A DNA stretch of 64,000 nt from NCBI GenBank assembly GCA_964016885.1, contig OZ024751.1, positions 15,252,001 to 15,316,000 of the forward strand, given 5' to 3'. Both the position numbers and the translations under genes were made by a program. Positions within the stretch are counted from its first letter, which is position 1; every line of letters starts with the position of its first letter. A model generated the notes under the pieces. That model did no database searches. It saw only the letters and a program-made list of their open reading frames with translations, and had not been told where the DNA came from. Shown piece by piece: positions 25,412 through 40,373 of the stretch. This DNA comes from Eledone cirrhosa. Lineage: Eukaryota.

Positions 25412-27224
25412 TTAAAATGAAAGAAAGAAAATGATAGTTGAACAAATAGATACAAATAGATATAATTTGAAAAGCACGAAAGAAGAATGTTGTGGAAATG
25501 AAAATTTAAATGACAATAACGAATCATCATCAACAACAACTAAAATGGGTCAATTTCAGGTAAAAGAAACATGGAAGCGGTATGTCACAAAAGAGAGTGA
25601 TTCCTTGGCTGAGGAATTTACTCTATAAAAGGCAAAGGGGAAGTGACATATCTTCATTTTTTAAAAAAGGAGATTTCCCATATTTTTTCAAAATTAGAAT
25701 TAGAGAAAGGCCTGGTTGAAGTGGGGCAGGACATATGAAAATGTGTCCTTGGTCTCTAAGACCAAGGATGAAGTGAAGATACAACTGCTCACAGGCTGGT
25801 CCCATAATACCTCAGAAAATGGAATATGAGAGTCATGTAGAAGGATATTGGCACTGAAGATGAAGGATGCAACAGTTTTTCTGTAGCTCTTTTGTGTAAC
25901 ACATTTTGTATTGTATGTGTGGAGCCTTATGGCCAATAAAGAAAGTTTCCTTATTTTCATAACTGTTGTCAAAATCATTCTTTATGTAAAGAATGTTAAA
26001 AAGTTCAGGTTCAAAGCTGTAGTTATTTTATGTAATAAATCACTATTATGATTGCATGTTGATGTGTATGAATGTCTTCAGGATAGCTCAGCAAAATGTT
26101 GGATTTTATCACAAATCATTTGATGAAAGAAAATTTTTTTTAAAATTTCATTTTGTAAACAAGAATCTTTGGAATGTTTGGTTGTCTGTCTACCTACATT
26201 ACATGTGGAAGAAAGGTCTGTCATAGACATTTATATTATTTGTGTATTTGTAATTTAATATAGCTTTAGGACATGTGGAAAGAGGTGTTAGCAATAAACA
26301 AGTTAATACAACCTCCAAAGAAAAAATTTCAAAACAACAACACAGTTCTAAAACAAATGACAAACGAACTAAGTTTTTTTAAAAATTAATACAATTGAAT
26401 AAGCAGACAGAGTTGGCATTTGTACTTTAACAAATGCAAAAAAACAAACAAATAATAATAATGATATTTCTAATAACATTAATAGTAAGAGCAATGGCAG
26501 AAGACTAGGCTTTTTTTAGTGGCAGCTTTTACTCACCTTGTCTTAACTACATCACTTAGGTTGGGAGAAATTTCTTGAGAGCCAACAGTATCTATCACTC
26601 ATTATTCCATCTGCCCCAATAGTCAGCCATTGTTTGGTCCAGGGTTGCTTATACGTCTGGCAGGAGTCCACTTTATCGCCTCTAACCATTATATCTGGTG
26701 GTTGTATCACTATCTGCCACCTGAAACCTGTTCTCTAGCAGAACAGCTCTGCCAAGAATGAGCAAAGTTGTTCAGACAGAACAGTTAGATCTCAAGAAAA
26801 CTCTCACAACCCAGCGATATAGTTATAACAAAGTGAGTAAAGGCCACCTCTAAAAGGACCTATTCTTCAAGGGTCTGAAAAAATAATCAAATTGGTGAAT
26901 GGCGCAAATAAAACTACCAAAGACTGCAGTATGGTGAGATTTGAAAAAAAAACAAACAATCATACTGCATTGTTCTTCATGTATCAAGGCTTTAAATATA
27001 AGGGCCTGTTCAAAGAATAAATTGCAGCCTCCATTTAACAGCAAAAAGACTGGCGATGGGACTGCAACATGTCCTGGATGCTTGCAACAGAAAGAATAGA
27101 TCCTATTAAAAGTACCCAAGAGTCTGGAAGTGGTGTTAAACTGGGTGATGGATTAAGTTGTGTTTATATGCATATATATAAATATATATATGCATGCACC
27201 CACACATATGCACACTTACACACA

Positions 27225-27392
27225 TGACTGGTTTCCTTACAGTTTCCATCTACCAAATTTATTTACAAAGCTTTGGTCAGCTGAAAGCTAGTATAGCAGT
27301 CAGTCATTTGTTCAAGGTATCATGCAGTGGATAGAAACCTGAAACCATGTAGTTGCGAAGCAAATTTCCTAACCACACAGTCATGCCTGCAC
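27225..27392 (-). mobile_element. tRNA-derived SINE (probable CORE type)
   Basis: CAGTTTCCATCTACCAAA...TAACCACACAGTCATGCCTGC; related copies 39570-39730 (+) and 58335-58508 (-). Confidence 0.65.
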
Positions 27393-27439
27393 ATGTGTAA
27401 TTCTCTGAGAATGCTCTGAATTCTTAAAACGTCGAATTA

Positions 27440-27632
27440 TTTACATTACTCATTATTTATTTTTATATTTTCATGGTAAAGGCTTTACCTCACATTGAAT
27501 CTCTGAGATTTTGATATTATTTATTTTGGGAACAATACCTTAACATCAGTATGAGTGGCCGGTTATAGCCAGTTCGAACAGAAAGAGGTGAGGGAATTCT
27601 GGCCAGATACAGCCAGTATAACTACTAAAGGG
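27440..27632 (+). mobile_element. piggyBac-type MITE lacking left TIR
   Basis: Same internal sequence, ends CTAAAGGG-TTAA. Confidence 0.8.
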
Positions 27633-28799
27633 TTAAACATTGAATTAAAGTCAGCTAAATTTTCACTTAATACTCCCATTACAAAGTCAAAAAAACAAGA
27701 CCTTTATACAGCAGACAACATTATATTTATGTATATATTGATGTCGCATGTTTTAGTGGAAATAGTTTGCCTAGTTAAGAAGTTTCTGCAGTTATTTGTT
27801 CATTCCAAGAGGTCAAATTTGTGTTAACCTTGACAAGATGGTTGTTAGTCAAAGTGTTTTGTTCATCAATTTTTAAAGAACAACAACAAAAGCAAGAAAG
27901 ACTTGTCTCATTTTACTATTTCCTGCTCCTGGTTAGTTGTTGGGTGGCTAATGTTTCACATACTAACATGATTTTACTTCACAATTTGTATATATATATA
28001 TATATATAGAAGTGTATATATATATATATTTATATATGCATGTGTATATGTATATATGCATGTGTTTATATGTGTATATGTATATATATGCATGTGTATA
28101 TATATATGTATATATATTCATATATGCACGTGTGTGTATATGTATATATATGCATGTGTGTATATGTGCATGTATATATATGCACATGTACATGTATATA
28201 TATATGCACATGTACATGTTATATGCATATCATCATCATCATCATCACCGTTTTACATCCGTTCTTCCACGCTAGCATATGTATATATATATATGCACAC
28301 ATATATGCATGTATATATTGCATATACATACATATATATGAATGTATATAAAAATATATATGCATGTATATATGCATCCATATATGCATATATATACATG
28401 TATATATACACAAACCAACACATGCACATATATGTGTGTGTGCATTTCAATTTTCATATATTTACTTTCAATTAAATATAAATTTAACTGACATCTGATC
28501 CACACCAGTTAAATTGTATTAAAAGCTTTGTATAGATGCCTCATGACTATAAGAAGATAATTAATATGTGGGATAGGAGCTAGAGTAGAAAACACACCTG
28601 ACAGTGAAGGTATTTTCTTACAGTCCAAAAGATAGACTGGAAAGTATTTATATGGAATGTTATTTTAAACAGTACAAGAATGAAATGAATGAGATAATTC
28701 CCTATGATAGGCTTTATCATGAAGTAAGATGTACAAATGGTGCTGGCCTGAGGTGTGTATGTGTATGTGTGTGTGTGTGTGTGGGGGGGGGATTATGGT

Positions 28800-29115
28800 A
28801 GAGGTAAGAGGTAGTGTCGGCTTGAGGTGAGAGGCTTTCAGATGAAGTAAGAGGTGATATTAGCTTGAGGTGAGAGGCTTTTGGATGAAGTAAGAGGTGA
28901 TGCTAGCCTGAGGTGGGAGGCTTTTGGGTGAAGTAAGAGGTGATGTTAGCCTGAAGTGGGAGGCTTTAGGGTAAAGTAAGAGGTAGTGTAGGCCTGAGGT
29001 GGAAGGAAGACCTGATGATAGCCTGAGGTGAGAGGCTTTAGGGGAAAGTAAGAGGTGATGTTAGCCTGAGGTGGGAGGCATTATTGTAAAAGTTAGGAGG
29101 TGATGTAGGTTTGAG
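28800..29115 (+). repeat. 43-bp minisatellite (~7 units)
   Basis: GAAGTAAGAGGTGATGTTAGCCTGAGGTGGGAGGCTTT.. at 28844, 28887, 28930. Confidence 0.85.
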
Positions 29116-29389
29116 TAAAAGTTTACAACTAGTGCTTTAGTGTTGTGGACATAATTAGTACAGATGGAAACATTTATTCTACTGACTGTCTTTCTCTCAT
29201 CCTTTCCCTACTACTACACTAAAATAATGGGTTCCAACTGGTTAGATAATGAATGGTATGTAAAATTTACAGCAGGCTGTTGTGGAGAACTTTTTCAGGT
29301 TAGATAGCAGAATAGTTTACTTGTTAGTATGATCCAGAGGAAAGTACCGCTACATGGCTAATGACAGCTTATAATCTGTGGCTGTGTGA

Positions 29390-29420
<31 letters not shown>

Positions 29421-29423
<3 letters not shown>

Positions 29424-29645
29424 TCCTGTAATTTGGTAAAGAAGAATATCAAAGTTTGGAGAACACTCAATCTGTGGGACTAACTGTACTGTCATGTAGG
29501 TAGCAATGTTTCTTTGGATGCCTGTTTATTTCAGATATCTCTAAGTCAGGCCCCAAATCATCAGCCTATATTGATAATTTGGGGCCTGACTCAGAAATAT
29601 TTGAAATAGACAATCAAAGAAGCATTTATGCTTAAATGACAGTGT
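29421..29645 (-). mobile_element. older TA-inserted fold-back element
   Basis: (TA)n both sides; imperfect inverted arms ~29505-29562 / ~29569-29626; CTGATGA and GAAA on minus strand but stem II not intact. Confidence 0.55.
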
Positions 29646-30399
29646 ATAATATATATATATATATAGTTTCAACCCCTACCAACATAGTTGTATGTCCATT
29701 TCAACGGCCAATAACCATGGAGTTTTGTACTTGTTGCCAATATTACACTATCACCCATGTTGAACATGTCTCCCCACCTCTTCTTTTGATTGATATATAT
29801 ATATATATATATATATAAAAGTTGAAGCAAAGCTTTTAAGTTGTCAAAGAACTGTTATGTTTGGTACTTAGTCTTCTCATATAATGTTACATATTGTTGT
29901 AGCCAGGTATGTTGGATGTATAATAACATCCATTATTCTCATATCAGTTGTATCGGCTATGTCTCTCTCTCTCTCTGCCATAGATCAGCTTAATGTATGA
30001 ACTCTTTTAGGAAGACACACATACAAAATGGACTTTACTACTCAATAATGAAACACTTGTTATCTCAGTTTTTCAACTAATAAATTGGTTCAATGTTTTT
30101 GACATTTTAAACTTTAATACTTTCAGGTATCATGAAACATCACACACACCCATCCTCTCCCATCTCTTTCCTCTTTTTCCTCACTCCCCCTCCTCTCATA
30201 TTCTCTATGTTGAGTGCCAGTAATTAGAATTATCTTTCTGTACTTCTCTGCTAACACAACAGCTGTCATGGTGACATTTCATTGTGTTCTTGGACATAAC
30301 TGTAGGGGTTGGGTGGGTGTTTTCCAGTACAGTGTGTTATTTGTTGTTGTCCAATGTCATCTTCTCAGTGTGGTTCATTTTCTTGAGATCACCCTTCAC

Positions 30400-31310
30400 T
30401 TCTTCCTATATCTTCCTTGTGTTCCTCTATTGCAGCTTTCTTCCACTTTGATCATTTATTATTTCTTTGTCTAATTCTCATCCAGACACATTACATGCCT
30501 GGTACCAGCTCAGTCTTCTCTCTTCATATGCCTAGTTTTTCTTTCAGTTCATTTGTGTTCTATTCTTTATGCACACTAATGCAACATATCTAACAGAGCA
30601 TGCTCGCCTCAATTCTTTCCAGTTTTCACATTTCCTTCTCATTCAATGCCAATGTTTAACTACTATGTAATAAAATCTTACTTCATTCACAAAAGTTTTA
30701 CAATCTGCCCTTCAGTTGGAGAGAGAATATCTTTATTGCCAGCATTCCTAATAATTTTCTGAACTTTGGTTATATTACCTTTGGAACATTGCTGATTAGG
30801 TTACCTAACTAACAGAAGCTTTCGACTATTTATAGGGAACCTTCCAGGCATTTGAAAGGATTCATTTTCTCTATGCTCTTACTACTAATTACTTCTGTGC
30901 CTGTTACATATGAAGCCTTCTTTGTTAATATGCCTGTAATGACTGCATCTTGTAGTTTACATATAGTATTCTGTTTAAAGATCTTATATTTCTGCTTATT
31001 GAGCATAATCTCTTCCCAGCTAGAAGTGGAATCCTGTTTTCTTTCCTGCTAATTAAAACTTGTCTTTGCCAAGGTTTATTCTAAGGCCTCTTGATTCTAA
31101 GCATTGCTTCTACATTTGGAAATTTTTCTATAATTCTTCTAAAGATTCTTCTATGAGAACTAAGTCATAGGTATACAGAAACTCCTCTCTGTTATGGTTT
31201 GGAGAACTGAAATAAACAGGAGGGGGCTGAGAATTGAGACCTGGGACACATACCCACATACTAAATTCCTTTCTGAATTTGATGCTAACTTTTACCTGCA
31301 CATGATTTGC
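30400..31310 (-). mobile_element. old decayed RTE LINE
   Basis: Remnants such as CTCAATTCTCAGCCCCCTCCTGTTTATT (S.LSPLLF) and patchy similarity to 52201-53862. Confidence 0.6.
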
Positions 31311-33009
31311 ACAGCTTTTGCTAAATGTAATTAATTATTCATTAAACATTATTCAGTCTCTGTTATACCTGTAGTGTGATGTAAGGTAAACCTTTTTTTG
31401 CAACACAGGAACCATTGCTGTATATTGTTGTAACTGTAAAGAAATGTCTTCATGGTTTTCTTTTCTTTCTCCTTGTGGACAGAATATATGAGGGTTTCAT
31501 AGCAACAGAAATAGCAGCATGGATTTGGGTTAATTAATTTCACCCTTAGGGTTAACTTTGTCTTTTATTCCTTCTAGGTTGTTAAAATGTATACCAGTAA
31601 TATATTAGGGTTCTTCTAATTGACTACATACTTCTGCCAGTATGAGACATCAGTGTGTTATATTATCAGCTATAATAATGTTTTTTTTCTGATGTTGTTT
31701 ATATAATATATTTCACAAGAAGTGATTAATATATTAAGATCCCAAGGGGCCAATCACAACTGATTTATTCCAGTGATTATTAGGAATCTTGTCATTGACC
31801 TTAAAGCGGTGGAGACTTCTGGCGTTCTTGGTCCCTGGACCATTTTTCTACTCAATGCTATCACGGCAGAGTAGTCCACCCACAGGAGGGAACCCCACAC
31901 GGTGGAATAATTATTTTAACCTGTTTCTCTTGCTATCCTCCAGGGTAACATTTTCTCCATTTCTGTCCACTGGGACCATGAGGCAGCTTAGGCCTGGGTT
32001 TACTGCACACCAGAGAGCATTTATTCCCCCACACTGTTGGGGCTTGTATCATTGGGATATAGGTTGCTGATATTATCTATGGTATTAGTTGGTACACACA
32101 CACAAACATCAGCTGTAATGCTATGTAAAAACCTTTGGTAAATAATTATCAGGAAGATTTTACTTCAAAAGAATTAAGATTGCACGTGTTCACCTCAGTT
32201 TAATTTCTGCCATCTAAATTGCCAGGATTGTTGGATTTCTTAAAAAAACATACTGTTGCTTCTATTTCTCCCTCATGTACTGGAATTCGTCTACATTAGA
32301 AATATGACTTTCCTGATGTACATGCACGTGGGTGTGTGTGCGTGCATGTGTGAATAAGGTGTGTAAAGATATGTACCTGTTTTTAGGAAGTTGAAGATTG
32401 GTAAGTTTAATATAGCATTCAGTAGGATTGGTGGTGTAAATGTGTGGAGGGCTATGGTAATTGAGCAGGCATAAAAATAGGTTTGTGAAAAAGTTCATTG
32501 GGGCATAAAGTTTTTTATATAGACCAATTTAAGGGGTTAAGCAATTTGGAACATAAAGTATTCGTATCTCTATATATACATACACGTGCATTTATATATT
32601 TATATATATATATATATATATGTATATGTACAGGTGCAAGGTTGTACATATCGATGTATATACATGCTCAGATGTATACATATATATATATATAAATATA
32701 TATATATATACACATACAAACATGGACATACATATGTATTGAGTTACAAATAAATATGAATACACATCTAAATAGATGATGTGTATATTCTGAAAATACA
32801 AATATATAGTTGATTTAGGCATAGACACTGACAAATGTGCATGTATAAAGTAGATACACACATATATATGTGTAGATACACAACACAGATGCATACATTG
32901 GTGGATATACACATGCAGAGCCAAGCTGTACACACACAACCAACCATACAAATGGATATAGGTATATAGAGATATTGAGTGTTGTAAGCAAAGTATGGAG
33001 ATGGAGGCA

Positions 33010-33618
33010 CATCAGGCCAGTGCTTATCCCGGTTTCTGTGGTGTTAAGCGACTAAGAATACAAGACTCCCCTTCTGGACAGGACCCCAGTCTATCACAGG
33101 GTTAAACCCCCAGCTATTGCAGGTACTCATTTTCAGCTGTATATACTGGAGCAACATGAAATGAATTGTTTTGCTCAAGAACACAACATACAACCCAGTT
33201 CAGGAATCGAACCCATGATATGATTTTTTTTTTTTTTTTTTTTCATTTTACGTCCACTTTTTCCCTGCTTGCAAGGTTGGGACAGGAGCTGATTCTGGCT
33301 TGATTTCTACAGCTGGATGCCCTTCCTAACACCAACCTCATTTACAGTGAGTGCTGGGTGCTTTTTTTGTTGTGGCACCTCCACGACCACTTTGCAGTGG
33401 AATGATATGGACCCCAGTCCTATCATCTCATTTCTACAGCTGAGTAAACTGGAGCAATGTGAAATAAAGTGTCTTGCTCAAGGAAACAACACATCACCCG
33501 GTCTGAGAATTGAACTCACAACCTTTCGATTGCAAGGCCAATGCTCTAACCACTAAGCCATGTGCCTCCATCAGATTGTAAGTTCAAAATCCTTACCACT
33601 AGGCCACGCACCTCCACA
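33010..33618 (-). mobile_element. nested tRNA-SINEs and RTE-tail fragment
   Basis: Two TGCTCAAG..ACACAAC...GAAT(C/T)GAAC heads, TAACCACTAAGCC/CCACTAGGCC ends, poly-T and CGTCCACTTTT tail between. Confidence 0.7.
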
Positions 33619-34701
33619 GTAAAGTGAGAATAAGCAGTAAGTTTAGTGAGGAATTCAGTTTAGTGGCTGATGTCCTTCAAGTCTTTGTTATCTGCCTATA
33701 TCTGCTTTCCTGGACTATGTGCTGATGACCTCGTACATATAGCTAAACTTGTGGATGTTTTCTGGGTTTCTGAGATAAACACTAAACATGTATAGAATCA
33801 TTATAATATTTGTTACTAATGGTGACTGTTTATTTCAAAGTTTTCCTGAAACATTGAAATATACAGTCACCTTTAATAACAATTATATATGACAAGAAGC
33901 ACCTGGTCCACACTGTAAGGTGCTAGTGCATGAGTCACAATAAAATGCTGCCAGTACACACTGTAAATTGGTTGTTGCTAGGAAGAGCACCCAACCATAG
34001 AAACCAAGCTAAAAATGGAGTGTACAAGCAAGACACGGTTACCTGACCAGTCTAGACTCCGTACATGACAGCTTATCTAATCCATCTGAGCATGGAAAAT
34101 AGATGTTAAGTGATGATGATGATATAACTTTATTTACTGTTCAACTTTATTTATTGTTCAAAGCTTTAAAGAGTCAGAAGAAGGTAATCTATCTGACACT
34201 CTAACAACTCTTGTTGAAGCAAGACACCCTTCTTGACACCATCTCTTTTAGTCACTTCTTACGACATGCTGGAATATGGTATATCTATTCTGAACTAGAT
34301 ACACATTCTACATATATGTGTACTCATCATCATCATTGTTTTTATGTCTACTTTTCCATGCTGGCATGGGTTGAACAGGATGCTTTGAGACAATGTTTTA
34401 TAGCCAGATGCTCTTCTAGACACTAACCCTTTTAGTCATTTCTTATGACATGCAGCAATATGTTGTATCTACTCTAAAAACTGTGCTACATATGCTATAT
34501 GTATGTATTTCTGTATGTGTATATATGTGTGTGCGTGTGCATAGAATAATAAAGAAAACAGAAGCCAGGTGTAGGTAGTTAATTGTTTTACGATCATTTC
34601 AGAGGGTCGACTGATCAATGGGGATCAATGTATCGACTAGAATGGTAGTGGTTATGTTATTACCTACTTCTTATATACATATATACATATATACATATAT
34701 A

Positions 34702-34734
<33 letters not shown>

Positions 34735-34738
<4 letters not shown>

Positions 34739-35322
34739 TTGAGGACTTCCTGTATTTGGGAGCAAAGATTGGGAATGCGGAAGATGATGTGGTTGAGAGG
34801 AAGAGCAAGGCCTGGGCGGCGTGTCACAGCTTGAGATCGGTGTGGAAGTCGGACCTTCGTAGAGACCTGAAAATCCGCCTCTTCATTGCTGTAGTGGAGT
34901 CTGTGCTGCTGTATGGGTCTGAGACTTGGACACTGACCAAGAGACTCACTCAGATGGTGGATGGGTGCTACACGAGAATGCTGAGGATGGCTCTGAACAT
35001 TAATCAGTATACACTGAGGATGAAAAACTCAGAGCTGTATGGGAGCATCCCAAAAGTCAGCTCAAGAGTGACACAGAGGAGACTGGGGTTGGCTGGACAT
35101 GCTCACCGACATCCAGAGTTGACATTGCACTCAGTGCTCCTTTGGGAGCCCCTACATGGACACACTGGAAGAGGAAGACCAAGGTTAACATATGTTGATG
35201 CCCTAAGGACAGACACTGGTCTGTTGGAGATGCGGGATATGGCAGCGATAATGAGGGACAGAGACCGCTGGAGAGAACTCGTCCATGGATCTCGGGAATT
35301 TTACCCGCCTTAGATAGATAGA
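34735..35322 (+). mobile_element. 5'-truncated RTE-group LINE of a second family with (TAGA)n tail
   Basis: EDFLYLG...KIRLFIAVVESVLLYGSETWTLT...LAGHAHRH...GRPRLTYVD; stop codon merges into TAGATAGATAGA; 5' end in (TA)n. Confidence 0.9.
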
Positions 35323-36115
35323 TATGTATGTATATGTGTGTGTGTATAGTGTGTATATATATATATATATCATTATCGTTTAACATCCATTTTCTCTGCT
35401 AGCATGGGTTATATATGTGTGTGTGTGTATATATGTGTGTGTATGTGTGTGTGTGTAATGTTATCTTTAAACATTGTGTCCAACATTTGGTTTCATTTAT
35501 GAACACATCACACACTTGCAATATTTTAATTTTCTTTCACATATATTTCAATATATTTAATTCATTTAGAGTCTTTAAAAAAAAGGAAGAAATATTTCAC
35601 TTGTTATCGATTCTCTCTGTTAGTTTTGATTTGTCCTTCCTCCTTCATGCTTGCACTCATAAAATCTAAAGATAATATTTATCCTCTTTCACTTTCAAGG
35701 CTTTTTCTTTCTCCTTTCAATGTCCTTTCAATTGTTATTGCTTTCTTCATTCAACAGTATTTATCAATAAATATACCGTAACAATATCATTATCATTTCC
35801 CTAACTAATCACTATTATTATTATTGTTGTTTGTTATTATTATTAATAGTAGTATTGTTATTATTGGAAAATACAGATTCCAAAATATATCTGCAGCACT
35901 ATTCTAAGGATTGCATATTCATATTTTTGCTTAATTATTCCCTCTCTCCATCAAATGGAGTATACATATATGCATACATACTTTTATATATACACACACA
36001 TATATATATATAACATATGTAACATATATATATAAATATAATATATATAAAATATATTTATAATAATATCATCATCATCATTACATCCATTTTTCCATGC
36101 TTGCATGGGTTTGAT

Positions 36116-36175
<60 letters not shown>

Positions 36176-36399
36176 CTATTAATTGCATGTTTCATCTATG
36201 CTAGGTAACAGCTTCACATCATCTCTTCTTTTCATCATCATCATCATCATCATCACCACGACCATTGATCATTATTGTTGTTGTTGTTGTTTTCTTCTGC
36301 AATGCTGATCAGATATGCAAACCATAGTGTAAGGAGGTTTACTGAGGCTAACTAACCCCTACAACTGACAGCTTGTTACTGGAAAAGACATAGATAATC

Positions 36400-36455
36400 A
36401 CTGGAACAGTTGTTGTTGTTACTACTACTACTACTACTATTACTACTACTATTAC

Positions 36456-36497
<42 letters not shown>

Positions 36498-36510
36498 CAT
36501 CACCACCTTT
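36400..36510. repeat. (GTT)/(ACT)n/(ACC)n trinucleotide tract
   Basis: Direct inspection. Confidence 0.9.
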
Positions 36511-39500
36511 ACTATAATGCTGGTAGTAATACATAGCTACCATAGTTATTTCTCTTACTACTATAACTACTACTAGGACTATTACACTGCTTCTGTATGG
36601 CACTACTAAGCAGCAAATCAACTATCACTGATTTAGCTAGTGCCACAAATGTATGTAGATTTTTGTTTGGTTAATGTGAAATAAGTACAATACTTCCTTC
36701 CTTTCGTTGGACATTTCTGAGGGTGTGTGGAAGTTTTTAGATTAGTTTTCCCTTCCCCCAACATATCCTATCAAATAGTTTATCAACATTATCATTATTC
36801 TATATCCCATATTGCCCTATGGTTCTTAGCATCAGTGTAAAGATTTTTTGATAAATCATTATCTTTACTCTCTTGCCTTTAAGATAGAAAAAATCCACCT
36901 ATTTTGACCTAGTTTGTCTTTCTCTCTTTCTCTACAAAGCAGTTTAAATTGTTCTAATTTTTCCTATCTATATCTCTTCTCCTTACACACACAGCATGTC
37001 GTCCTTCTGTGTAGAAACACTTGTTTAAATGATTAAAGCAAATAAATTTAATGCATTTTATTTTAGTGAGAGAAAAAAAATTAATACTATATTCTTGGCA
37101 ATCAACATGCTGCAATATTTTTTAAAGAGGTATTGCACTAATCTATGACTTTCTTGCATATATGGTTGTCCATCCACCGAATCTCACGATGACCATTTTC
37201 TCCTTCATATCTGGATCATTTAATGACTGCATATCCTAATCTATGATGTGCAGCTTTCGTTGCAGATGGTACTTGTAAACATTTGTTTTGAGAGGCTAGG
37301 TTTTACTTTACATGCATGTCCTTTTTTTTCCTCATTTCTCCTGGCAGTGCTGAGTATGTTCCTCCTGTAATATCTTCAATCTCCTTTCAACAGAGAGATC
37401 ACCAGAGTGAACAGCAAGTTGTGATGTCTTCTACCCTTGAATAGTTGATGTTGCTCTTATTCAAAGTGGTTTTCAGCTAGACATGGAATTACTACTTTGT
37501 TCCTCCAGCCAATTATTGACCAGAATTTAGCTGGACAGAGATGATCTTACGGGGGTTAGAAGATGTGAGTCAGCCTACAAGTCCAAACAATCTCTGTAGT
37601 GTGGATTCAATACTTCTGGGTTATTTCAACTAAAGATTTATGTGTGTATAATCCTGTCTTGTCATGTGACTGAAAAGATCTGGAAATACTGGATATTAAA
37701 GGCCTGCATGGCCTTAATGTGTGGGCTACATGTGGTCTACATGTTGTACCTATACAGGAGAGTGGAAACACAGACTACCTAGTAGATGGGAACCTTGGTA
37801 TAAAGACTGAGATACTTGTTTGGAAAGGCTCCATTTCATGATTTCCAAAAAATATAGAGGCTTGTCCAAGGCAGTTTAGAATCTCTTTATCCAGTGTGCA
37901 GTCATTGGAAATTCTGTTGCTTACATATTTTAATTGGGTTGTATGTTGTTGTATTCAGAAAGTGAGAAGGAGCGAGGGCAGGGCAGTGTGCTATTGACAG
38001 ATGGCCTCAGGTTTCTGGCTGTTAACTATCAGGCCCATTATTTTATAAGCTGCCTAGATGATGGATCATATGGCTTTCATAAGCTACCAAGATGATGGCT
38101 CATAGGACTTCCAGAGTCTGAGCTACTGTAGTACATAGTAAATTGGTCATTTTCTACCATGGCCTTCAATTGATCAATGCCATGTGAATGAAATTTGGAA
38201 GGCAGAAACTGTACTGAAGCCTGTTGTGCGTGTGTGTGTATATAGTACTGGTGTCACAATAAAATGCACTCAGTACATTCTGTAAAATGGTTGGTGTTAG
38301 GAAGGACGTCCAGTTTTAGAAACCATGCCAAAGATGGAATGTATGAGCAAGACATGGGCCCCTGACTTGTCTAGTCTCAGACCATGTGATCCCATCCAAC
38401 CCATACCAGCATGGAAAACAAACATAAAATGATGATGTTGATCAACATATATACATACATGCACACTCACACTAACACACAAACACACACCTACTAATAC
38501 ACACACTATTATTGATGTTAGTATGACTCTTAGTCGCAGAATTTACTATATTCAGAACTATGCTATCATAGATGTACTTTTATTAATTGTACCAGTAATT
38601 TAATATCATGAATAGTTTTCAAACAGAAATTGAAATAAATAAGTAAATAAAATGGATGATTATTTGTTTAATATACAATAGCTTATGTAGTTTTTGTTAT
38701 TAATTAAAGATAATTAATACATGCTTATATGTGATTAGATGTTTCTAAATAGTAATTATTTCTGTATAATGGAAAACCTCAAAGTCATTGTAAGATCATT
38801 AGAATATCTCAGTTTTTTACAACAGTTGGTAATTTAGCAGTAACCTAGCTTTAGCACCTAGCTATCTCTACACATCCTCTATAAATACCAATTTTTAACA
38901 GTATCTTATAATTGATCCATTATCAGTTCTAATATTTATGCTACTATGTGTCTAATTCCTCTACAGTAATGTATTTATTAGATTATTTCTAATAAAATGC
39001 ACTGCTAATAATTTAAAAAATAATTTTGAAAATAATCTAGAATTTTGTGTGTGTGTTATTTATTTGCGTTCCAGCGGAGGGGATGAGGCCATGCCGGGGC
39101 ATAAATAACTTTCTCATTAATAAGTTGGTGTTTGGAGAATAACTTCATAAAGGTTCATAAAATCATGATGAAAGGTTTTTAGATAAGTATAAATACTATA
39201 AAATAAACATCTTTGTATTGTAGAAGAAGTGGTTCATGTAGGGTGGTATCAAAAGGGTTAAATGATAATAAACAACATCTTTCATTACTATATCATTGTA
39301 GCAAATATGACAGCTTATTTTTTTATCTTAAACGCCTTCACCCCTATTCTATAAGGTACTTTATAGCATCTCTGTTCATGAGCACACCACTCTTTATATT
39401 GACTTTATCCCCTCAGCGTTTTGTAAAAGTCCGAGATCGCACACACATACACAAACTTTAATTCATTATATATCTGGTAGAAACACATTGTTTAGTATTA

Positions 39501-39803
39501 ACCTTAACCCACCAACAACTGTGCTTTATATAATGGTTTGAGTGGTTGGTTTATTTGTATTATAAAAAGCAGGTATGGCTGTGTAGTTAAGGTGTTCACT
39601 TTGCAAAATCCATAGTATCATGTTCAATCCCACTGCGTGGCAGTTTCGGCAAGTACCTTCTATAGCTTTGGGTTGATTAATGCTATGTGAGGCAGTTTGG
39701 TAAACAGAAACTGTGTGGAAGTCTGTCATATATGTGTGTGTGGTTATTGCCACATAAATTTTCATAGATTAACTGAATGAGCCCTCAATACTTGTGAGTA
39801 GAG

Positions 39804-40373
39804 TCATCATCATCATTGTTTAACGTCTATCTTCCACGCTAGCATGGGTTTAGACGGGAATTGTCCCACGTGAAGCAAGATTGGTTGTCTTGCCCGTATT
39901 GGACTGTCTGGCAGGTTTTCTACGGCTGGATGCCCTTCCTAACACCAACCCCGTTTACAGTGTGGACTGGGAGGTTTTTACTGTGTTACCTACACGGCCA
40001 CATTACAGCGTGGACCTACACGACCTCATTTATTTAGGACTGGATGTTGTGGTACCAAATAACTTTACAGAGAAAGGGGTGGTGTTGATGGGGGTGGGGG
40101 AGTTGGGGTAATGTGAGGGTTGTGTAAATTTGATTAAGAGGTGCCTACTGACTGTAGGTTTTGCTTTGTACTTAGGCAAGGCGGGTTTTTTTGTATTACT
40201 GCGTAGCGCCAAAGATCTCGGTCCAGTGACATTGTCTTAGAGAGGTGTAAGTGTGTAAGGTCGGAATTTATCAAATCGTCCCAGGTTTTTCTGGGTCTAC
40301 CTACTCCGTAACTTCCATTTATTTTGATCGCCCTGCACTTTTTTATACAGCTGTCGTCTTTCATGCGCATCAC
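39804..40373 (-). mobile_element. 5'-truncated RTE LINE, same family as 52150-54268
   Basis: MRMKDDSCIKKCRAIKINGS..GRPRKTWDDL plus 3' UTR and (GAT)n. Confidence 0.92.

Noticed and set aside
37120-37920. Possible ancient LINE endonuclease on minus strand (also 25620-25950 Tx1-like end)
   Set aside because: Only vague motif remnants; cannot be supported without profile searches
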